Shown here: positions 40,312-55,045 of the stretch, in pieces
How the letters are laid out: every line of letters begins with the position of its first letter
How positions within the stretch are numbered: position 1 is the stretch's first letter
NCBI GenBank assembly: GCA_012295275.1
Contig: CM022665.1
Location: 20,770,001 to 20,834,000 of the forward strand
DNA length: 64,000 nucleotides
Direction: 5' to 3'
From: Chrysomallon squamiferum
Lineage: Eukaryota > Animalia > Mollusca
Notes under the pieces: model-generated
Seen by the model: the letters and a program-made list of their open reading frames with translations, nothing else
The model's database searches: none
Told to the model about the DNA's origin: nothing
Position numbers and translations under genes: made by a program

Positions 40312-41999
40312 TAGGTAACGAAATTCACGACTGATGCAAACCTGAACCTCGTGACGTGGACGCCATACCTAAACCCCTCCCCCAACATCACGACTTCCCC
40401 CTTGTTCATAGAGAACCAGTGAAGAATAAAAAGAAGCTTTACAACGCTCTGTATTACGAGGTATTATATTTCTACTAAACTGCCTCGTCACTGTAAAGTT
40501 GAGAACTCTGGAACAATGCTGCTGTGCTCACGTTACTTATGCAGACACAGTGACATCGTATAAGCCTGTAGTTGCGTCGTCCCCGACGTGTTTCTGTTCT
40601 GCTCTGAAAACTGCACGACCACTTCTTAGCGTTCTCTACTGTGATGTCTCAGTAACAGCAGATGTCGAAGTAGTAGTACTACCAATTTCAATAGTAGTAG
40701 TAGTTGCAATAATAGTTGTTATAGTAGTAGTAATAGTAGAAACAGTAGTAGTGGCAGTGGTTGTTGTAGTAGTAATAGTAGCAACAGTATTATGTAGCAG
40801 TAGTTGAGTTGGTAATATAATCAGGAACAGTACTTGTAGTAGTAGTAGTAGCAGTAGTTGTGATAGTAGTAAAAGCAGCAGCAGCTGTAGTAGTAGTAGT
40901 GATATAAATAGTAATAGCAACAGAAGCAACAGTAATAGTAGTAGTAGTAGAAGCAGCATCAGTAGTTGTATTATTAGTAGCAGTAATAGTAGCAGTGCTA
41001 GTAGTAGTAATAGTAGTAGTGGTAGTGGTAGTAGCAGAACTAGCAGCAGCAGCAGCAGCAGCAACAACAATCATAGTACCAGTAGTAAAGTAATAGCAGT
41101 AAAAGTCGTAGTAATAAAGTAATAGTAGAATAGAAAACATTTTAAAAGTAGTAGTAGAACGACTGCTAGTAATTAAACAGTATTGTTGGTTCTGATACTG
41201 TTGGTATAATATTGTTGGTTAGTGTGTGTATGTTTTACAGATGTTTCTAGCTTGGTATAAATGATGTGCACGAGGATTTTCGTGCAATCTTTAGTTAATT
41301 TAATCATGCTTGAGTGCATTCGACCTTTTACAGAACACTGCGCGTGTAGAGAAGTATATCTAAATTTGACAAAACTAACCACATACTCTGTTTACACACA
41401 ATTACTCATATATATTCATGCAAAATCATATATTAATCGTCGCCCGCCTTCCGAGTGCAGGTGAATGGGTGCCATACGTTCGAGTCTTGTCAGCGGCATC
41501 TGACGGGTTTGTGAGGCTGTGACTGGACTTTGTCCTCCTGCGCCAGTACGTTCCCAAATATTGTCTGTGTGCAGAGTCTAATCAGACGAACATAAGATAA
41601 ATATATTTCATACCTAAATATATACATGCTTGGACACATACATAAGATACATGCTTGTGGCACATGTAATATATGTACATACACAACATACATACATACA
41701 AACAAACATTCATACAGACAGACACAGATAAACACATATATAGATATCTACATAAATATCTACATATCCCATATCTTTCATTTACCAGCGAGTACACAAG
41801 AAGACAGCTGTTTTTGTTTTATGACAATATTTGTACGTCTCAGAATAAATGGTTTTTGTTCAGTCAGGTGTAAAACAACACCTGTAATTAACGTCACGTA
41901 TCCCACACACCTGTAATTACCTGAGATTACAAGCGATGCGCTGATACGTGTAATCAGCAGAAGTGATTTTTCTTTTCTTTTCAGTTATTATTTTATATA

Positions 42000-42440
42000 T
42001 GTTTCATTATGTTATGCTGTGCTATGTCATTTCATATTATGTTACAGATTATAATACGTTACATTACGTTCCATTATATTCCATGACGTTTCATTATATT
42101 GCTACGTTACATTAAATAATATTATATTTTTACATTACGTTATATTATGTTTCGTTACGTTACGTTGTATTATATCATATCATTACACTGCGTTATGTTA
42201 AATTATGTCACGCTACATTATACTACGTTACGTTATATTATCTCATATTATATTACGTTATATTTTATAATTTTAGGTTACGTTATATCATATTATATCA
42301 TAGTATATTACATCACGTTAGACCCAATATATTATATTATATTATATTATATTATATTATATTATATTATATTATATTATATTATATTATATCATACTAC
42401 GTTACGTTGTTATTTTATGTCATATCATATATATATTAAC
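42000..42440. repeat. Degenerate pentanucleotide tract (ATATT/ACGTT/ACATT)n
   Basis: Period-5 pattern, perfect (atatt)n at about 42330-42390. Confidence 0.85.
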
Positions 42441-42517
42441 TATATTAAAAATAAAAATAGTAAAGATCAAATAAAATTTCGATCTAGTTTTATTTAATAA
42501 AATCAAACACTTTCACA

Positions 42518-42700
42518 AAAAGAAGACGAAAAAAGATTTAATATTTGTTCATTGCGTCTTAATACTTTGATTTCATCTTTTATCGCTGTCAATATTAATT
42601 TAAAAGAAAAAAATAATCAAAAGGAAGACGAAAAAAGATTTGATATTTGTTCACTGCATTTTAATACGTTAATTTCCCCATTTATAGCTATCAATAAAAA
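42518..42700. repeat. ~100-bp diverged tandem duplication
   Basis: gaagacgaaaaaagattt(a/g)atatttgttca(t/c)tgc..(c/t)ttaatac near 42521 and 42624. Confidence 0.8.
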
Positions 42701-43516
42701 GTGATTTGTAATTATCAACAAGTTTCAACGCTTTACAGTTATCGACAGAACGATAGAATTAAATCGACGTCTTATTCGTCACTTTACGAGGATCTCTGAA
42801 ATCTGGCGTAAATTACCGAGTCCAGCCGATCGCACTCCCATCATTTTACAAGCAGCAATAAAAATATCTGCGCGATTTGCCATGTTTCATTTAATGGATC
42901 GTATTTCATTGAGTCCCTTGACATTACATCAGCAGAGAAATGAGCTAACATATTCACACAAATCAATAATTGCAATTTTTCACCCCGCAGTGTGATTATT
43001 CGCTAATTAAACATCGCACAAAACTTAGCTGACAGGAAACTAGAGTCGGTCAGTTCTCAGTGTTATTTCATCTCGTCCGGCATGATGACGTACATGTCTC
43101 TTTAAACAGTGTGACCTAATAATTACTCTGTTATGTGACGTCACGAGATCACGTTACATAATTAACTTAGCAAGGCGTGAAGCAGTGAGACGCTCGTTTC
43201 ATTTTGAATTATTAATGTAATGGTGTAAAGTACAACGCAGAGAAAAAAAAAAAAACCTGATTACTTTAGGTGTCAAGCTTGTTTGTTCATCTGTGTCTTT
43301 TTATATTTTAGTGTTTTTCTTTCATTCTTTCTTTCTTTCTTTCATTTTTTTTTTTTTTTTTTGTGTCTTTTTTTGTTCTTGTTTTTTTTCCGTTTGTTTT
43401 TATGGATGAAATGCCGTTAGTAAAATAATAACAATAGTAGTATTAATGATAATAACAATAACATCAATAATAATAACAACAAACAACAATAACAACAACA
43501 ACAACAACAATAATAA

Positions 43517-43517
<1 letters not shown>

Positions 43518-43547
<30 letters not shown>

Positions 43548-43584
43548 AAGAAGAAGAAGAAGAAGAAGAAGAAGAAGAAGAAGA
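43518..43584. repeat. (GAA)n microsatellite preceded by (AAC/AAT)n
   Basis: Perfect trinucleotide run. Confidence 0.95.
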
Positions 43585-44972
43585 AAAGGAAGACACTTGT
43601 TAGAATGGTAGAGTGAATGTATCGATCAGGAGTGATTCAGAAATCTGTTATTCGTCTTATGACAAACCTTCATTCTCATTCCAGTACCAAACTAAAAAAG
43701 CAGAAGGCGAGAATTAAAAAGAAACAGAAGAAAGTCTAACGTTTAATTTAGTAAGAGAAAACATTTAACATTGTTCAGTAACCAACAACGATGAGCGACG
43801 CCGCACGTGCAGTCAGTGTGACGTAATACCAAAGTGATTATGTAGAGTTAACTGCTAGTGTTAATGGTACATGCAAACGTGAACAATTTCACACAAAAGG
43901 AATTTGCTGGCTGGCAAGCGATCACCGATCTGTAAAGTTTGCATTTCTGATTTATCGATATTTTGTGGGCCCTCTACAAAATAAATATTGATATATAATG
44001 TTTACATCTGCATTTGTGTGAAGAGCATCTGGCATTTGTATTTTTCATTATATTGGTTTTTGTGACTTCTTAATGGTAATATTAATAAACTTTACAATAT
44101 AAGTTTTCATTATATTTAATAAATGGGCATTTATTTATACATACATACATACATACGTACATAAATACATACATACATACATACACACACATACATACAT
44201 TGAAATAATAACATCCAAAAATATGTTCATATGGACATACACATACGCATATATACTCATACAAGAGTAGATAGATATGATGAAACATGAATAATAAATA
44301 AATAAATAAATAAATAACTTTTGCTGAATTTAGGAAAATTAATTTTCATATACCCAAAGTCAAATAGACTGATATTCATATTAATGAAAACAACACAAAA
44401 TTTGTTGTTTGAAATGCAATAAACGTGTTATCTCTGGACAGAAGTGAAAGTGATATTTGTACAAACATTTAAAATCAAATTTGACGGGAAAACGAAATTA
44501 CAAGATAAATTTTGCTACTGAAATGCCAATATACGAAACACTGAACTGCTTTAAATTAAACTGACATTTCTTCTTCTTCTTTTTCTTTTGTCTTCTTCTT
44601 CTTCTTCTTCTTCTTCTTTTTTTCCTCTTATTTCTTTTTCTTCATTCTCGACTGAGCGAAATGTCAAAAAAATAAGCCTCATCAGATAATTAAATTATTC
44701 GCTACGACGTTTATATTTATTTATTTATGATTTGACTTTAATACTATTAATACTAAATCGAAATTATTTTTGATCGTTACTATTTTTATTTTTAATATAG
44801 TTAATATATGATATGACTTTAATATTATTAAATGTTAAGTGATCGTACGTGTTTCAGTTTGATTAAAACAAATTTTATATTTATAAAATTATATTGTCAC
44901 TCCACCAAAATTTGTCTGAGATATTAACAGATTAAGGGATTTGACCAATTGGCAGTTAACTGGCAGTTAATT

Positions 44973-45027
<55 letters not shown>

Positions 45028-45444
45028 CTTAAAATATCCCAGTATTCATTCGTATTTTAAAGTCTGTATTAATATTAGCAAAACGTAAACATATATATAT
45101 ATATATATATTTTTTTATTTAATTTTCAGTCCTTATTATATGTATGTACTGTATGTAGGTATGTTTCTTTGTGCCCCGTACAGGCAGACAGGCAGTCATG
45201 TAGATATGAGCATATTTCCATATATTTGTCTTATGACAATCTTTTATCACGAAGATATAACGTGAAATCGAAATTGTGGTTTGCTGTGACTATAAAAAGG
45301 TCAGTTCAAACATAAATCAATGCATTTTGCTCAAAAATCACTGTAATGGTGTCGCATCAAGTGAGATATCCCATTTAATCACATTTCATAACATTTCATA
45401 ACACTTCATCTCCACGTTTTGTAACACTCGCTGCACGGGTAAAC

Positions 45445-45835
45445 GATGCTCTGCAGCCTAGTAACAATGACTAGCTGTGCTAACAAACAGTGTTCTGCAG
45501 CTTAGTAACAGTGACTAGCTATACTAAGTGTTCTGCAGTTAAGAATACTAAGTGTTCTGCTTACAAAGAGTGTTCTGCAGTTTAGTAATACTGACTAGTT
45601 GTACAAAGAATGTTCTGCAGCTTAGTAATACTGACTAGCTGTGCTTACAAAGAGTGTTCTGCAGCTTAGTAATACTGACTAGCTGTGCATACAAAGAATG
45701 TTCTGCAGCTTAGTAATACTGACTAGCTGTGCTAACAAAGAGTGTTCTGCAGCTTAGTAATATAGACTACTGTGACAAGTTTGTATAAGTAATCAGTATT
45801 CTACAAACAGTACTCTGTAGCTTAGTAATGCTGAC
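45445..45835. repeat. 44-bp minisatellite, ~8-9 copies, some truncated
   Basis: Unit gtgttctgcagcttagtaatactgactagctgtgcttacaaaga; tgttctgcag at 45611, 45655, 45699 and 45743. Confidence 0.92.
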
Positions 45836-46033
45836 GAACAGTTAGCTCATATCTATCTCGGCACGATATTTTTTCTCTCTTGTTTTTCTCACATTCTCAT
45901 AAATCTCTCCTTTTTCTGATTTCTTCTTTGCATCTTTTTCTATAGTGTAATAAAATATCTAATCAAGTTTTGCATGTCATTATATGCGATTTTTAAAAAA
46001 AAATTAATTATTTATTTATTTATTTATTTATTA

Positions 46034-46096
<63 letters not shown>

Positions 46097-46119
46097 TTAT
46101 TATTATTTATTTATTTATT

Positions 46120-46205
<86 letters not shown>

Positions 46206-46680
46206 TTTTGATATGCTGATAGTTACATCCTTCAGTGCTTTTTCATACGAATTCTAAATATTAATCTTCATCTCCTTCTGTAATTTTTATTTCTTTACAT
46301 ATTTTATTAAATTTTCATTTGGATCATCATATAAATAGTTTATTGATATTATAAATCGATTAACATTAATGACTTTTTAACAATTATTATGGTTTTTCAA
46401 AAATGACGATATGAGAGAGGATGCTATTGCTAACATCCATGGATTGCTGATGTATGATATATCTTCCTATAGATAACATTGTCCATCAGTAACAGTAGAG
46501 CAAGGAGTAGACACAACTTGCTTTCTCGTTTGTTCATTATAACACGGTCTTATTAAAATATGCTGAAATCTCCTTAAAACGCCATCTATTCATTCCTCAA
46601 ACTGTTTAACAAAGAATATTGTTTTCTTTTTATTATTTAATATCGGATCTTTAATTTTCAGTGTTATAAGTTAAAACAAG

Positions 46681-47055
46681 TTTACTCATGTGTCAGTCAC
46701 AGATACAGCTAACAGCGCATTGTTATCTCGTGTGGCAGTCCTCCTAGTTACAGATAGAGCCAACAAACTCAATGTTATCTATAAAAAGGCTTTTACTCAT
46801 GTGGCAGTCCTCTCAGAGAAACAAACTCAGTGTTATCTCATGTGGCGGTCCTCATAGAGAAACAAACTCAATGTTATCTTATGTGGCAGTCCTCCTGGAG
46901 AAACAAACTGAGTGTTATCTCATGTGGCAGTCCTCTAAGAGAAACGAAAACAGCTCAAATATTTATCTCATGTAGCAGTCCTCTTAGAAACCAGCTCGCT
47001 ATTAAAACTGGTTTACTCATGTGGCAGTTCTCTCAGTCACAGATATTAAATGTTA
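46681..47055. repeat. ~41-bp minisatellite, ~8 diverged copies
   Basis: Unit tgttatctcatgtggcagtcctctcagagaaacaaactca(g/a); copies at 46831, 46872 and 46913 with more diverged flanking copies. Confidence 0.88.
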
Positions 47056-47447
47056 TCGGACAATCTGCTCAGACAGGTTTAACCACAATAAAACATTTCT
47101 CGGACAAAGACACAGCGGTGACCACACTGGTCATCTCACACAGTATCAGTCATTAAATAAAGATTTATAATCAGCACTCCGCACTCGTTAAGTTTAGCAC
47201 TCGGCTCGGGTTGTAATATAGCAAAGATTATTCTGATAACGAGGTGCTCAGAGAGCAAAGAAAAGAACGACAGAATGAGAAAGAGACCTGCAGACACAAA
47301 TACAACGCGAATGTTAATGTGTGTGTGTGTGTGTGTGCGCGCGCGCGCGAGGGCGCGCGTTTGTGTGAGTCTGTTTGAATGTAGAGGTGTGTATATATCT
47401 CTCTAATTATATATATAAACACCCACACATCAACATCGCTATGTGTT

Positions 47448-47517
<70 letters not shown>

Positions 47518-47563
47518 AAGTATATAGAAATAGATATATACACACATTCAGTTACACACACAA

Positions 47564-47658
<95 letters not shown>

Positions 47659-48384
47659 CAAATCGCTCAATACTGACTTTGCTTATGTTACAATAACATT
47701 TTTCTTTTTCAAATTCAGTATTATGTGTAGAAGGGAATGGAAAATGTAATTATTATTTAAAATCAATAAATCAATAAAACAGTCAATAAATAAACAAATA
47801 AAGCGATGAGAATATCACTAGTATACAGAATTTCGATTTCGACGTTTATGAACTGGAAATGTATAGCAAACGTTTCTGTTTATGATTAGACAGATATATT
47901 CCCCGAGAACGATATTTGCCAAATCTGTAAGTGAAATCACACAACAAACGTTATTTGTCTTCTTACTAATACTGTTTCTAAATCAGAAATCCGCCGAGAT
48001 TTGCTGTTTTGTTTCACTTTGAAAAACCATCGTTTGTTTTTCTGTCTTCTTCGAGCTTTACAAACAAACAAACAAAGATAGGATACATACATATATTAAT
48101 ACATTTATACATGCATACACATACACACGTATATAAATATATATATATACATACATACATACATACATACACACATGCATACATAAATGCTTATATACAT
48201 ACATACAATACACATATACATGCAAAACACACACACACATACACAGATATACATATATACTTACATATAAACTGAAATATTGTTTTACTTTTTGCTACCT
48301 GATAATATGAGAGATTTCATTTCTTTGTTGGTTTATTAACACAAATTATAGGTTAGTGAAAAAAAATGATCAATATAGATAATG

Positions 48385-48960
48385 AAATTGCAGGTGAGAT
48401 TGCAGGTGAAATGCAGGTAGCAGTGGAAACGCTAATGCAAGTAACAGGAGTAATGTCCATGTTTTCAGGTAAACAGAGATACATGTAAACAACTATAGCA
48501 ATACACGTAGCACGTATGTATACAGATAAACAACTATAGCTGTACAGGTAAACAACTATGACAATACTGGTAGTATATATGCATACAGATAAGCAAGTAT
48601 AACTGCACAGGTAACAAAGTATAAAAATACAGCTAGTATATATGCATGCAGATAAACAACAATATGCAGGTGAACAACTATAACAATACAGTTAATATAG
48701 AGGTAAATAACTATAACAATACAGGTAATATGCAGGTAAACAGATAAACAAACTATAACAATACAAGTAACATAGAGGTATATAAACTGTGACAGTATAG
48801 GTAATATGTAGTTATACAGGTAAAAGAATACAAAAATACAGTAATATGTAGAAACAGAGGTAAACAAATGAAAAGGAAGATATAGGTATATGTACTGTAT
48901 AGTATACAGGTAAGTAAAACCAGGTGGAAATAAGAATAATCCAGGACTGGGCAGGTAACC
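48385..48960. repeat. Degenerate low-complexity repeat rich in CAGGTA/CAGGTG
   Basis: Recurring (t/a)gcaggt(a/g)aacaactata(a/g)caatac fragments. Confidence 0.65.
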
Positions 48961-49019
48961 AGGTCGTAATAATAGAAATGTGTTGTGATGTTTACATGTA
49001 AGCTCAAGCCATAATTACT

Positions 49020-49470
49020 GTACGCAAATACATCAGTAACTGAAACACTCGGGTACACTGCACGAACATACGTCCGTAATTGAAGTGCACAGGCAAAGTA
49101 ACTTTAGTAACTGAAATACACAGGTAACGTACACACACATACGTTAGTAACTGAAACACACAAATACAGTACACGCACATACGTCAGTAACTGAAACACA
49201 CAGGTACAGTACACGTACATACGTAAATAACTTTAACACACAGGTACAGTACACGCACATACGTCAGTATCTGAAACACACAGGTACACTACACGTACAA
49301 ACGTAAATAACTTTAACACATGTGTAGTACAGATGCATACGTCGGTAACTGACACAGGGGTAAATTACACGAATGTACGTCAGTAACTCTTGTAACACTG
49401 TTAAATTACATGCACACAGGTAAAGTACACGCACAAACGAAAATAACTTTCACACACAGGTAAACAGACA
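49020..49470. repeat. 40-bp minisatellite with alternating variants
   Basis: Unit acgtcagtaactgaaacacacaggtacagtacacgcacat at 49141, 49181, 49221, 49261 and 49301; variant acgtaaataactttaac at 49221 and 49301. Confidence 0.88.
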
Positions 49471-50491
49471 AAAGCTTACGCAGGTAAGAATGCTTCAAAC
49501 TCTTGTGTTGACATTCTTCGCATGTAATGTGATAATACAAGTTATTCAACCGTGTTTCAAAAGGTGTTTATTGTGTACGAAACCTGCTCGATTCGCAAAC
49601 ACTCGTACACAAGGATACAGGCCCCACTAATAGCACCTGAAAAGACACGGGGGGGTAACACACAACTATAATTGTTATAAACACGCTGCTGCTCTAATCT
49701 AAACTTTTAAACCGCTATGGTGTTTACACCCTGGCTGCGTTTAGAATAATGAACCAATCACCGACAACGACTAGAACGACGACGACAGCTACAACGACTA
49801 CAACCACAACGGCAACCAAGACGACTACAACGCCGACGACGACGTACATAATAATTACTCGACTGACGTGTGAACACACCCATGCAGTAAAAAGTTCGCG
49901 CTACCTGTAGTTTTGATCTATCCGTGCATTCAATCGAGCAGACGTATAATTTGCCGGATTTCGAGACGCGGCTGAATGACGTGTGGAGGTGTTTTGTAAA
50001 TTCCAGAACGAAATTATAAATACCATGAGAGATTAAGAAATGTTTTCACTGTGTGAACATTTGTGGGACACATTTGCCACTTTGTCGGAGATCAACAAAA
50101 GATTTTTTTTGTGAAACGTCGTTGGGAAGAACGGTGCCTTTAACTATAACGAAAACGTTCAGGGTTCCGCTACTCACAATAACTATTACTGAGTTTGACA
50201 AACACATTGTTACCGTAACATAATTAAAATACTTCTTCCATTGCCCCTGAAAAATATATAAAGTGGCAGAAACTGAATCTGACTGTCTGTTTCAATATTA
50301 AAATTAAGAAATTACATTTAATGTAATATGAATATGTAAAATTGTTCTGGGATCTGTGTAATTTTCGAAATAAAGAAGACAAAAAATAATTGTTTATTCA
50401 TCCTTAATAAAAAATAAAGTAAAAAGTAAAAAGAAAAAGAAAAATTAGCCAAGAAAAAAAAAGAGAAAAAAAATAAAATAAAATAAATACT

Positions 50492-50541
<50 letters not shown>

Positions 50542-50563
50542 AATATGCAAACAAACAAATAAC

Positions 50564-50620
<57 letters not shown>

Positions 50621-51990
50621 TAAAAATAAATAAAAATAAAATAAAATAAACAAAAAATATAAAATCGACCTATTCCTGTTATTTATTACAACAGTGTATG
50701 AATATTTCACGGTTCACTGGTTTACTTCATCAATCTGGTCAGCTGAACAGATCGGATTGCAGGTGATATTGATGATCGATCTATGCTAAAACGGCCGGTA
50801 GTGAGAATAAATCAATCAAAGAGAACATCTGACTTGCAAATAACACTCCGTCATAAATCAAAAACAATAAATAGTTTTCCTGTGTACATGATCAGAATGC
50901 AGAGTACATCTACTTCTTTACAAATAAAGAAAGTAATTAATTAATACATTAAATAAGTATGTAAAATAAATAAATAAATAAATAATGTAAGTGTATACAC
51001 ACACATAGATACATATACAGACATATACATACTTACAGATACACAAACATCTAGACACATACATGCATTCTCTACGTACGTGTGTATGTATGTATATATG
51101 TAACAGACATAAATGCATAAAGGCAGATAGATAGACATACACATATATATATACGCATGCATGCATACACACATATATCTAGATAAAAACATAATTACAC
51201 ATACAGACACCACAAAAACATACATACATACATAGATATATAGAAACATACACATATATGCATACATAAAACATATTTACACGTGTGTTTATATAAGCAT
51301 ACATACATACATACAGACATACATACTGGAAACAAGAGAAGATAGAAGGCTACAATATAAGTGTGTATAGGTTCCAACTGTAATAAGTATAAATTTCTAG
51401 ACGAAATGAATAAACCTTTCTTTTCTTTTTTTAAATGTCGATCTATCGAGCGATAAAAAAACCAGGGTGAAATTGAAGCCAAGTATACCCCTTGTGACGA
51501 AACGTTTACAAGTAGACTTTTGAATCATGGTTAGTAAGAAATATGAAGAATTTTTAACATGATGGATAATAAATTGCGTTTCCATGGCCACAACTAAATT
51601 TTAAAATATGTGACAAATGTACATCTGTTTGAAAACTGTCAGATCTATTTGTAACATTTACAGCGGAATTTATTAAAAAAAAAAAAAAAAAAAATGTATG
51701 ATATATTCATTTTTGTTTTTCATGGTTTCTACTAGTAATCAAATATTTGTGCAGCTGTAACATCACTTAACACACATTACAGTTTGTCTTTATAATTAAC
51801 GCTTGTGCAAGAATAGTTGATATTATATATGTACAAATCTGCCAGAATAATGGAAGAGATACACTCACACAATACGAACGTACACATACACAAACGCGCG
51901 CGCGTACATACATACATACATACATATATACAGACACACATAGATACGTACGCACATACATAGACTACGTACGTACACATACATACATAT

Positions 51991-52075
<85 letters not shown>

Positions 52076-54173
52076 GTGTACATACTATAAGAACTAAACC
52101 GGGTACCCTTTACACAATATCTTAACGTGACGTCCCAAGTATTTTTGTTACAATTGCCACATATGCGTTTCATCTTTAAGTAACCTCTTTTCTGGCGTCT
52201 TGTGCACGTGATTTGATAGTGTTCAGTCATGCATAAAATGTTCACCCCGTTTTCTTAAACTGTTGGGTAAACAGAATCTGATCTGTCCATGCGTGTTTTT
52301 TTTTTTTTTTTTCTCAACTTTTAAAAATCTTCTGCCGTAGAAGAATCATTTATTTATTATTATTATTAATCTCTGTTTTTACTGTATTTATTCCATTTCT
52401 CTTATTTTAAAATATTATTCTTAAGAGAACGTGATTTCATAACATATAGGAAAGAACAAAACAAAAACATGAAACTGTAAATATTTATTATATCTCTGTG
52501 CACGAGTTACGAGTTTAAACCAATATTTGCATTCGTGTACGTCCATCGTGGACATGATGATAATGAGAGGAAGATGGAGTAGTGTCCATTACGATTTTCC
52601 CCGAGGATATAACCAGTACAGACGTCATACTCATATTACTTCCGGTTTTGAAATACTTAACAGTGCCCTATTCCCAATTATTTCTTAAAATTTTATATTC
52701 TCACAGACAAATTCTGTTTATTCAAGCAGAATGTCTGGCGATAAAACTTTTAAAATCACATTGTTCCAACAGTAAATGTTTAAATGACGTATTAAATCGT
52801 CTGACAGTAATCATTAAGAAAACGCACCTCGTTATCAAAACGAGGTTATTGTGTAGAAAGTGACTGCGAAAGAGACCCTAATTATAAGATAAGAATGAAA
52901 TTAAAGTGCTACACTGTACTAACATGCTACTGGTATAATTAGAAGACTGCGTCTCCATGGCAACAGTAACATGGCTGGTAATTACGAAGGATTTGAACTG
53001 CTTCGCGAATGTTCTATTGTGTATTTCTTAATCCGTATTTAAAACTGAAAATACATAATATTAATCTTTTATTTTATTTTATTATTATTATTATTCTGTT
53101 TTTTATCTTTGTTCCAAAACAAGTGTAAGACTCTAATGAAAGTATATGTTTGATCTTTTAATACTGTATTTTAAAATATTTATTCTTTGGAACTTCTGTA
53201 AACTGTCCAACGTAGAAGACAGTGAATATATTTGTCAACGTAATTAATAAACAAACATTACTTTCGCCAAAAATGTGAAAATCATTTTGCGTTTGTCTCC
53301 ATATTATGATTTTTGGAAATAATTTGAAGTTTTAACTGTCGTTGTATAAATAAATAACTTTTACATAACATTAAGCGATTATTGCTTTGACAGTTGACGG
53401 AAATCTTTGATAATAATAAAATATGGTAATAATGAAAACAGTTTCTTAAGGATGAATAAAAACTGACTTTTCACCTTACTTCTTAACATCATTTCTGTGC
53501 ATAAAAATGCAAACAGAAAACAACAAACAGAAAAAAAAAAAAAAAAAAAAATATATAATATAAATATTTAAAAAATAAAATAATAATAATAATAACTAAG
53601 AACAATACTGATAAAAAACTAATAAAAATAAATAATAATACAAAAATAATTAAAAAAAAAAACCCTAAAAGAACAAAGAAATAAAAGCCCTACCACCACC
53701 ACAACATCTTCTAAGAAACAAATTATAATCAAACGTAACAACTTAGTTTGCAAACACCATTCATTCTGATTCTTGTTTCATCTAGTCTCGTATTTTATCG
53801 GACACTGTTGCGTAACAAAATATGAAAAATGGCCGCCTCCAGGCACATCCTTTGGCTTGCCATTTTATTTTATTTTTTAAAACCAATTTGTATTACAGTT
53901 TTTGATAAATGAAAATATGTGATAAGATACCATTTTCAACGAGTAAGGATTGTATAATAATTATTATTATTATTTTTATCTACACCACTAAATCCAACTA
54001 GAAAAAAAATGTATTTATTTCATGGCGTTTCGGTGTTGTGATATTATTGTTATTTATTTATTTATTTATTAAAAAAACATGCTATTACCATTAAAAATAA
54101 CTTTATGCAAGTTAGTTCATCAAAAATGATTTAGTATAATTTTCTTATCCACTCCTAACAAACCACAATTGAA

Positions 54174-54210
<37 letters not shown>

Positions 54211-54839
54211 TATGTGCATATTTTAATCATCATATTTGCCTGTGTCTCAAAGACATTTATACTAATTTAAGAGAGAAAGATAATCCGTGTGAAAATAACG
54301 TATAAAAATAGACTAAGCATTCGTTTTAAAACATACGCACTCAACTATACTGAAATAACTCGTAAATAAAATAATTTATGTTTTGTAGCACAATGAAAGT
54401 AGGCAGGCCCATCTCTAAATACACGATTGTTCATTGGTTGAAAGTTAGGCCTACTTAATCAGAATGATTAACTATACATTAACTTTTGTCTTTGTTCAAA
54501 AGCATCACCTTACAGCTACCAGTAGCTCCTGATTGTTTTCGACACATAAATTAAGCAAATACGGTTTCCACATACATATTCAGTTTTGAAATACGATGCC
54601 AATATCTTGTACACTCATTAGAAACGCATCTTTACCTCGTTTGTCAAAACTTGTCGTCATGTTTCCATACACGTAGGGGTTTTACCCTTCAGTAACGGAA
54701 AAAGCAATAGTATCTTATATGTGACATCTTAATAAATATCGAACGCTTTATTTAGTATTCACATTAATTACACCCTTGTATATTGACTGCATTGATAATA
54801 AAGCAATTAACGCGAATTTATTGGAGGTTAGCACGTTCG

Positions 54840-55045
54840 GTTGTAGCGAATAACAACCCGACACCCCTGGTATTATTATTGTGTGAATGCATCCAAATCA
54901 GCGCATGCGTAGTGTGACACACGTGTTCATAAACAAATTTTGATGGAAAGAGGTATCGCAAAAACACGTCTTGGTTTGTAGTTTGGAATCTAACCTTACT
55001 TACCTCAAGTAGTTGCTACAGAGCTCAAAAGCTTGTCATAACACA
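54840..55045 (+). promoter_or_regulatory. Putative promoter/5' UTR of the quaking/how gene
   Basis: CpG-retaining; NRF1/ewg-like GCGCATGCGT at 54901-54910 and E-box CACGTG at 54920-54925, about 120-145 nt upstream of the ATG. Transcription start not determinable from sequence. Confidence 0.55.

Noticed and set aside
40499-41140. Poly-Leu/Thr/Val ORFs (also at 1116, 2635, 25905, 30322, 50318 and others)
   Set aside because: Products of trinucleotide and dinucleotide microsatellites.
41470-41490. GTTCGAGTC Pol III B-box-like word; also SINE-head-like cagtggtaaa near 10140
   Set aside because: No matching A-box/B-box pair, cloverleaf or SINE tail.
41895-41935. Minus-strand TAATCTCAG resembling the miR-216 5' end
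   Set aside because: Match stops after 9 nt and there is no precursor hairpin; I recognised no conserved miRNA anywhere in the window.
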